Source: Chrysomallon squamiferum (taxonomy: Eukaryota > Animalia > Mollusca). From it: a stretch of DNA of 64,000 bases. A model generated the notes under the pieces. That model was not told the origin of the DNA. It made no database searches and saw only the letters and a program-made list of their open reading frames with translations. Positions 49,506 through 64,000 of the stretch are shown piece by piece. Both the position numbers and the translations under genes were made by a program. The stretch is from assembly GCA_012295275.1 (NCBI GenBank), contig CM022677.1, forward strand, positions 18,414,001-18,478,000, read 5' to 3'. Positions within the stretch are counted from its first letter, which is position 1. Each line of letters opens with the position of its first letter.

Positions 49506-49508
<3 letters not shown>

Positions 49509-50076
49509 ATAGAAATAAAATTAAAGAGAATGTAAAGGAAAAAATTGGTATTATATAGTGTACAGGGTAAGGGTTTCTACACCTTTTTTATGGACAGAGG
49601 TCCTCAGCTTACAAATTATGATAACAACTTTGGCTGGAGTCATAGCCTTCATCGACTGCTTCTGCTTCAGTATGGTACATATCGTAAAAGTACTACACTC
49701 GTACTTCCTAGCCATGTTGACTACACAAATACCTCACTCATGTTTTTCTATGATTTCATGCTTTAATTCAATGGACATCGTCCGCTTCTTCTTCTCAGCA
49801 CTTTCCTTTGCACTCACTTTCTTAGGATCCATGGCAATCTGGCAAAATACTCGACATAATGCGAGTACAACACAACAGAGATGTTTCCACGGCGAGGTAA
49901 CCACGTGAAGCAAACGAGTGAGACGCGGGATTCTGGGCGGATGTTGTGTTGTTCGTAGCACCAACTACCGGCAGCGTGTCTGAAGCTCGCTCGTAACTCG
50001 GATTTTGGCTCGCAATTCAAAGCAAAAAATCGCGCAGACTCGTAAGTTGGAGCACTCGTATCACTAGGCACTACTG
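49506..50076 (-). mobile_element. Truncated pogo/Tigger element
   Basis: MDPKKVSAKESAEKKKRTMSIELKHEIIEKHE* remnant; right TIR ends ...ctactg|TA at 50076; same right flank as the 31.9 kb copy. Confidence 0.82.
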
Positions 50077-50745
50077 TATTAGAAAGATTATTTATTTGTT
50101 AGTACCAGCTATCGGTTTAACACTCAGACTTTTAAGACAATTTGCTATTGCTATATCTTCTCTACTGCCGTCTTGTCTGCAGAACGTAGAGTTATTTCCC
50201 CTTGTGCTCAAGCGTGTCAGTGTTTCTTTACTGAGCACGTAGCAAGCTTCTTGAAAAACTGACGTGTTTTTAGTGGAGAGGAAGTAACGTAAGTTCTCTA
50301 CGATGACGTAAGTATCGTCGTCTGCTTTCGTTTAAGTGGTGTTTGTAGATGTACTCACAGAGAGATAAAATAAAAATAAAAAGTGTCACACGCAGTAATA
50401 CGTGTGAAAAGTAGAAAGGTAGAAAGAAAAAGAAAAAATGAAATGAAATATTCAAGTTATTAGTTCATTTATTCGTCGATTAATTTTTTAATTTATTTAT
50501 TTTATTATTATTATTATTATTATTATCTGTTTAGATTAATTCTTGGATTTATTATTGTTGGTGACGTCGTCGTTGATGTTGTAGTAGTAGTAGTAAAAAC
50601 AGCAACAATAATGAAAAGGATGAATCAACTGATATGTTTCCATTTTTGGTAGGCTCGATTTATATATGTTTACATATAATTAATTAATTAAAAAACACAA
50701 AACAAAACCACAACAACAACAACAACAACAGTAGTAGCAGTAGTC

Positions 50746-50787
<42 letters not shown>

Positions 50788-50810
50788 ATAATAATAATTA
50801 TTAAAATAAC

Positions 50811-50852
<42 letters not shown>

Positions 50853-51610
50853 CATAATAATATTAATAATAATAATAATAATGATAATAATTACGATTAA
50901 TTTAAATATATATAATGACAACACTATGTCACATATTAAACAAATAAGTAAACTGTTTATGTGTGTTATTTGAGCTTTCTTAATACACGTATAATCCAGT
51001 TTGGTTTAAACAAACGTAACAATTATGAATACGATTTAATTTTTGTCGAATTGACGACATGGGAAGTAACTCTGTTATCAAACGTTAAGCAAAGGAAAAA
51101 GACTGGTTATCCCGCCTGATCTCTTTCCAAACCGGTTTAATATATAACTGAAGCAATATTCAAGGAGACTAAAATATAATCATAATAACGATTTCAGTAT
51201 CATCGCTATTTCACATCAACATTTGAAAAAATACTGTAAATTCAACTAAATAATAATAAATTTATTATAATGGTTTTAAAATATGTGTGTGTACATACAT
51301 AAATACATACATAATACATACATACATACATAGATACATACATACATACATAGATACATAAATACATACATACATAGATACATATCTATATATATATAGG
51401 CATGTTTATAGTGGATAATATGTTATAATTATTTTATACACTCGTATTTTAATAATTTATTATAAATGAGGGTTACTAACAATGTTACGATGATGGTAAA
51501 GGGGAAAATACACTAGTTTATGAATTTTAGTCATCTTATTGTAATAATAAATATATATTAAAAAATAGTTAATATGTATTATTTTGAGTGTACGTGCCTT
51601 TAATAATTCT

Positions 51611-52225
51611 ATGTGTCTGTGTGTTTCTGTGTCTGTGTTTATGTGTGTTTGTGTGTCTGTGTGTATGTGTGTCTGTGTGTCTATGTGTTTGTGTGTATGT
51701 GTGTCTGTGTGTCTGTGTGCCTGTGTGTCTGTGTGTCTATTTCTGTATGTATGTGCGACTGTGTCTGTGTGTCTATGTGTCTATGTGTCTGTGTCTATGT
51801 GTCTGTGTGTCTGTGTGTCTGTGTGTCTGTGTGTCTATGTGTCTATGTCTCTGTGTCTCTGTGTGTCTGTGTGTCTCTGTGTTTGTTTGTATGTGTGTCT
51901 ATGTGCCTGTGTGCATGTGTGTCTCTGTGTCTGTGTGTCTCTGTGTCTGTTTGTATGTGTGTATATGTGCCTGTGTGTCTATGTGTCTCTGTGTCTGTTT
52001 GTATGTGTGTCTATGTGCCTGTGTGTCTATGTGTATGTGTGTCTGTGTGTCTGTGTGTCTGTGTGTCTCTGTATATGTTTGTATGTGTGTCTATGTTCCT
52101 GTGTGTCTGTGTGTCTCTGTGTTTGTGTGTCTGTGTGTCTGTGTGCCTGTGTGCCTGTGTGTCTGTGTGTCTGTGTGTGTCTGTGTGTGTCTATGTGTGT
52201 GAGACTGTGTGCCTGTGTGGCTGTA
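51611..52225. repeat. Degenerate (TGTGTC)n tract, paralogous to 17265-18405
   Basis: Same motif and same right flank (gcgagatattttcagaaaacattatca). Confidence 0.88.
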
Positions 52226-52997
52226 TGTGTGAATCAGTGCGTGATTACATATGGGATGTATAGATATTGGTGCGTTTGCGAGATATTTTCAGAAAACATT
52301 ATCAAAGTAAAATGCAGAATACAGCATTAAAAAAAAAAAAAAAAAAAAAAAAAAACACTCTTATTTTTAGAGCTGCTATTATATATTAGACCAGAAATAA
52401 AATATATTTATTTAATAAGGGACAGACATCTGAATAGAAAGTGTTTAAAAGAATCAACAAAAGATAAAACTTGATTTAACAGCAGCTGTAGAATTGTATA
52501 AAGAGACAGAATAAGTAAAATGTATTTACACTGTAATGTTTAGACATTGTAATATATTTTAATTGTTTTTAAAATCACAAATTATTTACTATGCTTGACG
52601 TATTTATATATAGTCACAGTAAAATGTTTGACAGGCTCGGAAAGGATGAAGAAAGGAAAGAAAGAAAGAAGAATGAAAGAAAGCAATAGATAATTAAGAG
52701 AGTCAAACAAATCGAAGAAAAACAGAAATGTTGAAAGAAAAAATAATGAAAGGAAGTATGAAGATAAGAAAGGAAGGAAAAGAATAAATAAAGAAAAGAT
52801 GATACAGAAATAAATATTAGATAACAAAACTAATAAAAGAAAAGAAAAGGAAAGAAAAAGTTAAAAAGGAAAATAATAATAAAGAAAGAAAGAAAGAAAG
52901 AAGAGTAACAAAGAACGAAAGAAAAGACAGGAAAGAGGGAAAGATTAGATGAAAAAAAGTATGAAAAAAAAGAAGAAATAAAGAAAAAGACAGAAAG

Positions 52998-53136
<139 letters not shown>

Positions 53137-53164
53137 GAGAGAGAGACAGAGAGAGGGAGACAGG

Positions 53165-53255
<91 letters not shown>

Positions 53256-53815
53256 AAAAGAAAGACACAGAGAGAGACAGAAAAGGAAAGACACTGAGAG
53301 AGACAGAAAAGGAAAGACACTGAGAGAGACAGAAAAAGAAAGACACACAGAGAGAGAAAGAAACATTCACAGAATTAATCAGTAGTCAAAGATACTAAAG
53401 AAATAAAATGACAGAAACAAGAAATAGCTAAGAAATATTTTTTCCTACAAGCTTATCTTTTTTATATTAGCATTAGGAAAAATGAAATTAAGTAAATGAA
53501 ACAAAGAGCGAATAAACGAACGAAAGACAATACAACACGCACATATATATATATATATATTTGGACATATATATATATATATATTTGGACGTTAATGTTT
53601 ATAATTATACATTTAACACACGCACACTCTATATTGAGCATCTCTCGGTCGATTCCGGTCAGTCGGAACACCTCGTCACATTCCGCTACGCTCATATTTC
53701 AAAGAAAAAGAAATGATTTTTAGATTTCTGTAATCTTCTCGTGTCACAAATTTCAGTTTTTACTTCTACATTTATTAAGAATATTATTGTATATTAAGAA
53801 TGATTTACTACTCAC

Positions 53816-54529
<714 letters not shown>

Positions 54530-55800
54530 TTCTTTTTTTATCTGAGAAAACTTGTATATCGCTCAAATACAAACTGCGAACTGAGAAATGTTTGTTTGAT
54601 GTTTCCTTTAAAATGTTTTGTGACTAATGATATGATTAAACTTGAAACACCGTCCTGGCATTTTCCCATATTTCTCATCATGCGTTCTAGAGTTGATATT
54701 TGAAACTTGTAATTTTTGCCATCTTCCTTAAACTCAATCTGATAATCATTGTCGATAAGATATAAACTCCGACCTGTGGATTAGGAAGGGTTTATGTACA
54801 TCCTGGAATTTTTAATTATCCGTAATACAATCTTCTTTGTACTGTAATCCTACAGGTCATTGCAAAGCCACTGTCTAAGTCACTGTATACACCCTGCGAT
54901 TCCGATTGGTTGGCAATTCTTTTGGATTCAGGTAGTCAGTCAAATGGGTTCATCAGTCAGTCAGTGTTCGTTGCAGTGATTAGTGTTTCATTTCAGTTCT
55001 TTATGATCGTTAGCTTTACATCTTATTAATATGCAATGTCAATAAAAAAAAAAATGCTACAATTACAAAAGCGAAAAGAAGAAGAAGAAAAAATGAAATG
55101 AAATGTTGAACTCATTAATTCATTCATTCATCGATTACTTGTGGTTTTTTGTTTAGTTTAGTTTTTAGGTTGTTGTTGTGGTTGTTGTTTTCGTCATCGT
55201 CGTCGTAGTAGTAGTATAAACAACAAGAATCAAAAAGGATGATTCAGCAGAGGTCCTTTCAGTTTTGACAGACTCCATTTATATATAATTAACTAATAAA
55301 AAGAACAACAATAGCAACAACATCAGCAACAACAACGACAACTCCAATAATAATAATAATGACGATGGTTTTAAATTTATAATGACAACTCTGCGCCAAA
55401 TACTAAATAAATAAATAAACATTTATGTGTGTTATACGTGTATTATTAAGACATGTATAATCCAGTTATATTTAAACAAATAACAATTATCTATTCGATT
55501 TTATAACAACTCCAGAATCATTTTTCTTTCAATAGTTGAAAAAATATCTTAAAACGAATTTATTTCTTTATTTCTTTATTTCTTTATTTATTTATTTATT
55601 TATTTATATTTATATTTATGCTCTTTTCATTTTTTTTATTTTAATTTTCTTGTTACTTATAATCTGTTTATTATTTAATTATTTTTCTAAAGAAAGAGCT
55701 GAAGGCAATTACATAGTGAACATTTTATTACAACCACTTAATAAAGTTAACACTTAATATATTTGGTTTCCTTAGGCACACCTAATGATATACAGACATG

Positions 55801-55834
<34 letters not shown>

Positions 55835-55875
55835 CGTATGTGTCTCTCTTTGTCTCTCTGTCTCCCAATTATCTC

Positions 55876-56015
<140 letters not shown>

Positions 56016-56146
56016 AAGATCTGAGCGAAAATTATGTAAGAAACGGGAAAAATACCAAGCCAAGGATAAGTCAGTCTAAATTTCCACGCTCGACTGAATT
56101 CTTTTTTGATCACGCAATTGCTGGTTCGTTTCAGAGAATGTTCAGT

Positions 56147-56264
<118 letters not shown>

Positions 56265-56640
56265 GAGAGAGAGAGAGACAGAGAGAGAAAAAAGGAGAGA
56301 GAGATGATGTACTAAACATGTTTAATTTATTTTCTATAACAGGTGTCATCGAAGAGCAAGAAGTGGGACTAGATCACGTCTTGACTCAGTTAGCAGTAAA
56401 AATAGCACTACGTGGGCCTGCTCCAAGTCTTCCGCTTTACGGAGGTGAATCAACAATTATTCATTCGGGAAGGTGACGTAGTCGTTTTCTAACATTGACT
56501 ACAGTTTTGATCAGTAATCACTCGAGATAAAGAGATAATGCCAGCGCATTTGAAATCTGTATAAAAAATATATACAGAAAAATGAAGGGTATAGAAATAT
56601 ATAGTTATATTAGAAAGAAGTTTTAAAGTGAAAAAAAATA

Positions 56641-56738
<98 letters not shown>

Positions 56739-57739
56739 TAATAATAATAGTAATAAGGATTAAATAAATATATATTTTTTATTAATTCTGAGAGCAGAAG
56801 GAAGAGTAGAATGAACAATTTTACAGTTTTTTACATCAATAATGATAATAATAATAAGAATAAAATTTGTTATTCATTATATATATATATATTTCTGTGT
56901 GTGTACATATCAATATATATGTTATGTATGCATATATCACTGATACGTATGTAAAAAATATGTTTTCTTTACTCAACATTATTCTTATTTTTCTTTAAAA
57001 AGTTCACTGAAAAAAATTAAATCAGTTTCATAATACTATTAAATAGGTTTTGTCTACTATAATAACGAGACAAAAACAACAATAATAACAACAAGTAATA
57101 ATAATAACAGAATTAATTAATTAATTTATTTATTTATTTATGTATTTATTTATTTATGTATTTATTTATTTATTTTTTCTTTATCGCCCTCTGTTATTAT
57201 TGTGACCAAATAATAGTCTGATTATTATTGTATTTTGAATTTGCGTTAGTCTTTAAAAATAGCAGATCCTTTCAAAACTGACTCAATACTAAATTTGGTA
57301 CCTCAGTGCAGATCAGCAGATACGTCTTTTAAATCCGGGTTTTAGATATCGTGTTTCTTCTTTTCTTTATTGTGCACGTTGAAGTTAGTTTGACAAAGGG
57401 AAGTGATCAACAATAATCACAGAGGAGGGTGACAGGGTCGGTACTGAGATTTGTAAACAGTTAATGGTGATTTAATTTTTTGTTTGAGTTTTATAAATAT
57501 AGAAGGATAATTAGACAGCTAGACGCTTCGATAGAAACCTGACTGAAACACTGAAAGCGTTATAATGGTAAAATGTCGTGATAATATATCAGATCAGTTA
57601 TTAAAATAACAAATACAAATTTTAAACTTTTTTAATGATGCGCGGAATGACGTCACATAATGTTAAAGTTTTCAAATGAAACAGAAGACTTACAAAATTA
57701 AAATGTCTTAATTAATTAATTAGTTTATGAAATTAATAG

Positions 57740-57783
<44 letters not shown>

Positions 57784-57840
57784 AAAACAGCTACTACTAC
57801 TATCATCAGTATTTAATTTACTTATTAATCAGTGGTCATT

Positions 57841-57910
<70 letters not shown>

Positions 57911-59082
57911 CTTCCCTATGTGAAATATTTATACACGATATCGTCTATCCAACCAGTTGTTTTCAGTTTTGTTATTATCTGTAATACATTCTTCTCTGTA
58001 CTGTAATCCTGTAGTCTATGAGAATAAACTCAATGTCATTGTCAAAGAATCGCAACCTCATATAAAGTGATTGCAAAGTTATTTTGAACGTCATTGCCAA
58101 GTAACTGTGCAAAGTCATTGAATGCACCCAGTGATTCGGATCAGATTTTGCACTTTGCCAGGACTAAATATAGCGCTGATTATTACTGTTTAACGGCCAC
58201 AGTAGACTTAATACTTCTTGTAATTTATATGTTACATTCCACATGTGAGAATAGACATTTGACCTAACGACCTAGACTACGTGACACGAGGCCTAATGTG
58301 AAAATGATATCAATTCAGGCAGTCAGTCAAATGGGTTTCATGCTTTGTTTACAACTGTTCATTGTAGCGTTTAGTGGTTCAATTCAATTCTTTATTATCG
58401 TAATCTTTGCAGCCTATTGATATTCAATGTCAAACAGATAATGTATCACATAGCTAACGAATCAAAATGTTTCGATATTGAAATGTTTTAAATAAATATT
58501 TTCCCTATCTGGACAGTGATTTCTTACTTTCAAACTCACCACTGTCACATAATCTACATATTCTTTCTACTCTCTCAGTATTCATGTATCTTCCAGTTGG
58601 TTTTGTCAGCTGATGTGCAGATACCTCACTTGTTTCAAGTATCTTTTATAAATCATTGGCACAGATTTAACTAAATGAAACTGAAATGTTACACCATCTG
58701 TGATGTATTTATAGAAATTGTCACGTTTCACAGATGTATTTATCTGAATTGAAAGATTCTGTGTATGTATATAGACACAAACACATGCATGCAATATCTC
58801 ATGGCCTCCAATTACAGCTTTATTGTCATATTAAGAGGAGATCTCGCTAAGTTTAGACATACGCGAGTAAGGTTTATTACAATTATTATTGTTATTATTA
58901 TTATTTTGTTTGCTCTTCTCCGCTGAAATCTCTTGGGGTTTACCCACCGGGCTAAAAATAGATTACTGAGATCTGCTGTGGTTCAAATGTGAAAGGTTTG
59001 ATATCTGATATTATCAGTGCATATCGTAACCTCAGTTTATTAAACATCTTTAAATAAACATAATTTAATACTGAATGAATAC

Positions 59083-59181
<99 letters not shown>

Positions 59182-59442
59182 ATATTTATACGAGAATAGA
59201 TTTCTAGATTATGCAAGGTTAGCCGGGTTCAACTGAGAAAAGATTTTTCAAGATACCGCTGTCACCTAGATGTACTGTGATATCTTGTTTGAATGGACGT
59301 AAATTATACATGACTAAGAAACACGTGTTACAGTTTAATCTTTTCTTTTGTTTGTTTATCTGCGCATTGTGACTGTTACAGCTGATATGTGAAATGAAAG
59401 ACGTTTATTTCACTGTTTCATACATATATTGTGTATGAATAA

Positions 59443-59571
<129 letters not shown>

Positions 59572-59685
59572 CTCTCTCTCCCATTTCAAACATCTCTGGA
59601 TTTTTATAATGAAAGAAAATTTCAGAATCACTGGGTGACTGGTATATCTAAAAACAGAGAAAACGTAATCAGAAAATTATATATA

Positions 59686-59838
59686 CAGTGGTACCTTCAC
59701 TTACGAGTTTAATTCGTTCTGTGACCGAGTTCATAACTCAAATTGCTCGTATATCAGATCACTTTACCCAACTAAAATTAACTGAAATACCATTAACCCC
59801 CCCAGAAAAAAACCAATCCCAATTCTTTTGTAAAGTGT

Positions 59839-59873
<35 letters not shown>

Positions 59874-60456
59874 TTCTGTGTGCATAAATGACAAATATTG
59901 TATAAAAATAAAATAAAAGAGAATGTAAAGAAATAAACTGGTTTTGTATAGTGTACAGGGTTAGGGTTTCTCCATCTTTTCATGGACAGAGGTCCGCAGA
60001 TTACAATTTATTTTAACGCCTTTGGCTGGAGTCATAGTCTTCATCGACTCCTTCTGGTTCAGTATGATACATATCGTAAAAGTACTACACTCGTACTGCC
60101 TAGCCAGGTTGACTACACACATACCTCACTCTTGTTTATCTATGACTTCATGCTTTAATTCAATGGATATCATCCGCTTATTCTTCTCAGCACTTTCCTT
60201 TGCACTCACTTTCTTATGATCCATGTCCATGTTTGGCAAAATACGGCACAAAAGGCGAGCACAACACAACAGAGATGTTTCCACGGCGAGGTAACCACGT
60301 GAAGCAAACGAGTGAGACGCGGGATGCTGGCTGGATGTTCGTAATTCGCTCGTAATTCGGATCTTGGCTCGTAACTCAAAGCAAAAAATCGACCGGGCGC
60401 TGCTTGTAATTCGGAAAACTCGTAAGTTGGAGCACTCGTAACTCGAGGTGCTACTG
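59686..60456 (-). mobile_element. Non-autonomous pogo/Tigger (Tc1-mariner superfamily) DNA transposon with both termini
   Basis: Left end TA|CAGTGGTACCTTCACTTACGAG; right end (reverse complement) CAGTAGCACCTCGAGTTACGAG, i.e. imperfect TIRs. Encodes a remnant MDHKKVSAKESAEKNKRMISIELKHEVIDKQE*GMCVVNLARQY, typical of the CENP-B-like N-terminal HTH of Tigger1/TIGD1 transposases. No DDD domain. Confidence 0.85.
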
Positions 60457-60525
60457 AATATATTACATATCTGTACACAGATACACAAATATATATATAA
60501 AAAAATGTGTCTATTTTGAATAGCG

Positions 60526-60601
<76 letters not shown>

Positions 60602-61289
60602 AAGAAAAATATAATAAAATAAACAATAATTTTAATTATTTATTTACTTACTGATTTACCTTTAATGAATGACCAAATTTATAGTACGAGTAGGGTTAAC
60701 GCCCAGAAATATGAGCACTCAGTCTTTTAAGACATTTTTCTCTTCCTATAACTTCTTTACCACAATCTTCTCTGCAGATCGTAGAGTTATTTCCCCTGGT
60801 GCTCAAGCGTATCAGTGTTTCGTTACTGAGCACGTAACCAGCCTCACCGTTGTGAAATCCAGGCTTCTTGAAAACATTTTTAAAAACTATATTTAGAATG
60901 TTTATTGAGAAACGAAAGGTGACGTCATACATATGACGTAGTACGCGAAAGTCACAGGTCAGCTGTGACACCAAAGTGGTGAAATATACACAAATAATTA
61001 TCGTTATCTCCGTCACACATAGTTTATATAATACTTAAGTTTTATATACTAAAGAGGAGACTGTTGTACCGTAACAGCAGAACTATTATTATTATTATTA
61101 TTATTATTATTGTTGTTGTTATTGTTATTGTTATTATTATCGTTATTGTTGTTATTATTATACTATTATTATTTTTATCATTATTATAGAACAAAATATA
61201 TACAAGAGATAAAACAATTAGTTTGTGTGTCGTGTTTAATCATTTTCTTTTACTAAGTCACGACATCTCCACTTGTTAGTTATAAAAAA

Positions 61290-61418
61290 TTACTGAAAAC
61301 AATAAATTCCGAAGTTGTGTTTGTTGTTGTCCTTTAGGAGATTTTTAATATTCTGCACGCGCAGTTCAATACTGTCGTCTGCTTTCAGTTCAAACAACGC
61401 ACCTTGGTAAGTTGAAGT
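61290..61418 (-). pseudogene. TNF exon-4 3' fragment
   Basis: Translates TYQGALFELKADDSIELRVQNIKNLLKDNNKHNFGIYCFQ*; same upstream junction as the other fragments. Confidence 0.75.
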
Positions 61419-61841
61419 AATATACATTGAGAATAATTAATTTTCAGTTACACTTGAACAAATATATCTCAGAGATATCTTTCTACACCTGACCCAGTTT
61501 ATTCTTGTTTCCATGGTTTCCTTGTTGGAGACAACATACATAGATACAAATGTATAGGAAGGGTAGATAACAAAATTAACCTTTACCATGACCTTGTCCT
61601 GAAAACGAAGAACAAATAAACATGAAAATATGTAAGCTCTTCTGATATTGATTTATTTTTTTTCTTTATTTTTTTTTTTTTCTTTTGTTGTCGTTGTTTT
61701 TGTATTTCATATACATACTAATTTACTGCGTTGTGTGACCAAGAAAGCCGTACTTTAATGTTGAGTGGGAAAATGTTTGATTCAGAGAGCTGGATCAAGA
61801 ATAAATAGTGCAGATGTTTTTGTAATCACGTTTAATACGTC

Positions 61842-61932
<91 letters not shown>

Positions 61933-63266
61933 TGTTTATCTTTCAAAATGTCCGTCTGTTTTTATTTAATAAATGTGTATGCCATTTTTAATATTTGTCT
62001 TTAAAAAATATTAGCTCTTTGTTGTTGTTATGCTTTTCATTTATTTATTTGCTTGTTTATTCATTTTACATATTAATTTTATTAATTATCAGTTTTTTGA
62101 GTGCTTATGTGTGTGCATGGGTGTTTGTTTGTGTAGATTTTGGTGTATTAGTAATCCTGTTTGCTTGTCTGGGTGTGGAAGTAACCCTTAACTCTTTTTT
62201 TTTCGAGGATTTGCTTGACCTAACTGAAGGAATCATTAGAGGCATCGGAAATGACGAACTTTCCCGAACCCTTCCGGAAATGCAAGTGATACACCGAAGC
62301 TTCAAATATTAATTCGGTAAACTCCGTCATAACTCGGAACAGACCTAATTTAAAGTAATAAGGATTAAGAAAGACATTTATATTAACTCTCTCTCTTTAA
62401 ATACCTTTCTCTCTCTCTTGGCAAATGTCGGTTTCATTTTAGTAAAAGATTCATTTTTCGTAAGTTCAAATACGTCCATCCATCCACACACACACATACA
62501 GAAACACACACACACATATAGATACATGCATACATACATACACACACAGATATATATATATATATATATACACTCATTCACATATACACATGCACATAAT
62601 TATATTTGCACGCAAACCTACAGGTACGCAAATACACACAAATACATACATTCTCTTTCTAATAAGACATATCACAAATAAACATGTGCGTACACACAAT
62701 ACACATGGATACGCACACCAGCCTAGAATAGCAAATACTCACATTCTTATTATAATCAGATATATAAATCCATAAATCATTCCATATAAGGTAAAATATA
62801 TATAAAGAAGTAATAATTATAATAAAATACATGAAGTAGACTTATTTATAATTTAACGCCATCAATTTGCAAACAAATCCAGTAACGAATTTATATCGTG
62901 CGTATAAAATAAATTTAAAAATAAAATACCTAAAATAATTCCATTAGCTCCCAGTTACGAAGCCACAGAAAATTAAGAACAGTAACAATTAAAAAAGTAA
63001 TAAATACACTGCTAAACCTTTGACAGACACACTTGAACCAGAGCAAATTGGTGTGATGTATTGTTATGTATTAATAATACTATTTGCATGTTTACGTGTG
63101 GCAGTAAGACTTGACCCATTTTTTTTGTTGTTCCAGTTCATTGAAACTGCGAACTGTGATTGTTCCTTTGATGTTTTCTGACGACTCTAATAACAGAGTA
63201 AAATGGCGGATCCTTGTTGATTTAGTAGGACCTCGGGACATGCCAACATGGGAATTATATGAAAAA

Positions 63267-63301
<35 letters not shown>

Positions 63302-63527
63302 ATTCTTTTCTTCGAAAACAATAATAAGTAAGGTTGGTTATTATTAAATTTTTTTTCGCCCCAAAAATCATTTGGGGTTTACCCTCCCAACTAAAAATAG
63401 ATGACTGAGCTTTGTTGTGGTTCAAGTGTGTCTGTCAAAGGTTTGATATCTTACCAGTGTATATGATCAACTCAGTTTATTAAACACCATTAAATAAAAC
63501 CAATGTAATTTAATACTAAATCAGTAC

Positions 63528-63611
<84 letters not shown>

Positions 63612-64000
63612 ATTTATATCTCTCTCTCTCTATTATTTTCTCTAGATTATGCCTTGCAAGGTTAGCTACGTTCAATCTATGCAAGATTTTTCAAGATATC
63701 TCGGTCATATCCTGCGATATCTTGTTTCAGTCGACGTAAATGTTAATCTCTTCAAGACATTCGTTGAGAGAGACTCGTAAATACGTCAGAGTTTATTCTT
63801 ATCTTTATAACTTGTCTTTTGTTTGTTAATCTGCCAAAACTGACAAGATTTAGTCATCGCCTTCTTAACTATTGTTTAGTTCATTGTCACTGTTACAGCG
63901 TGTATATCAAATGAACAAAAAATACGAAGACCAGATAAGTCACTCTAAATTTGCACAGTGGAATGAATTCTTTATTGATCAGGAAATTCTTTAAAGTGTT

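Overview
AT-rich, microsatellite-dense eukaryotic DNA from an invertebrate, probably a mollusc (inferred from the TNF stalk motif and repeat content). Almost all ORF-track entries are simple-repeat artefacts. The real content is a minus-strand tandem cluster of TNF-superfamily ligand genes built from shuffled segmental duplications. One complete 4-exon gene can be assembled by hand (25219-24809, 23832-23796, 23531-23460, 23093-22705; 909 nt, 302 aa; type II membrane protein with a CxxC...CC stalk and a C-terminal TNF homology domain, THD). Around it lie three further 5' halves with open exons but no local THD exon (ATGs at 3537, 44688, 54529), one intact but orphan THD exon with its own acceptor (11063-10672), and four THD-tail fragments. 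All intact pieces are co-oriented and splice-phase compatible, so the locus is either a birth-and-death pseudogene cluster or a combinatorial-splicing TNF locus. Also present: three dead pogo/Tigger elements, MULE-like remnants and several minisatellites. All assignments were made by eye; no searches were run.
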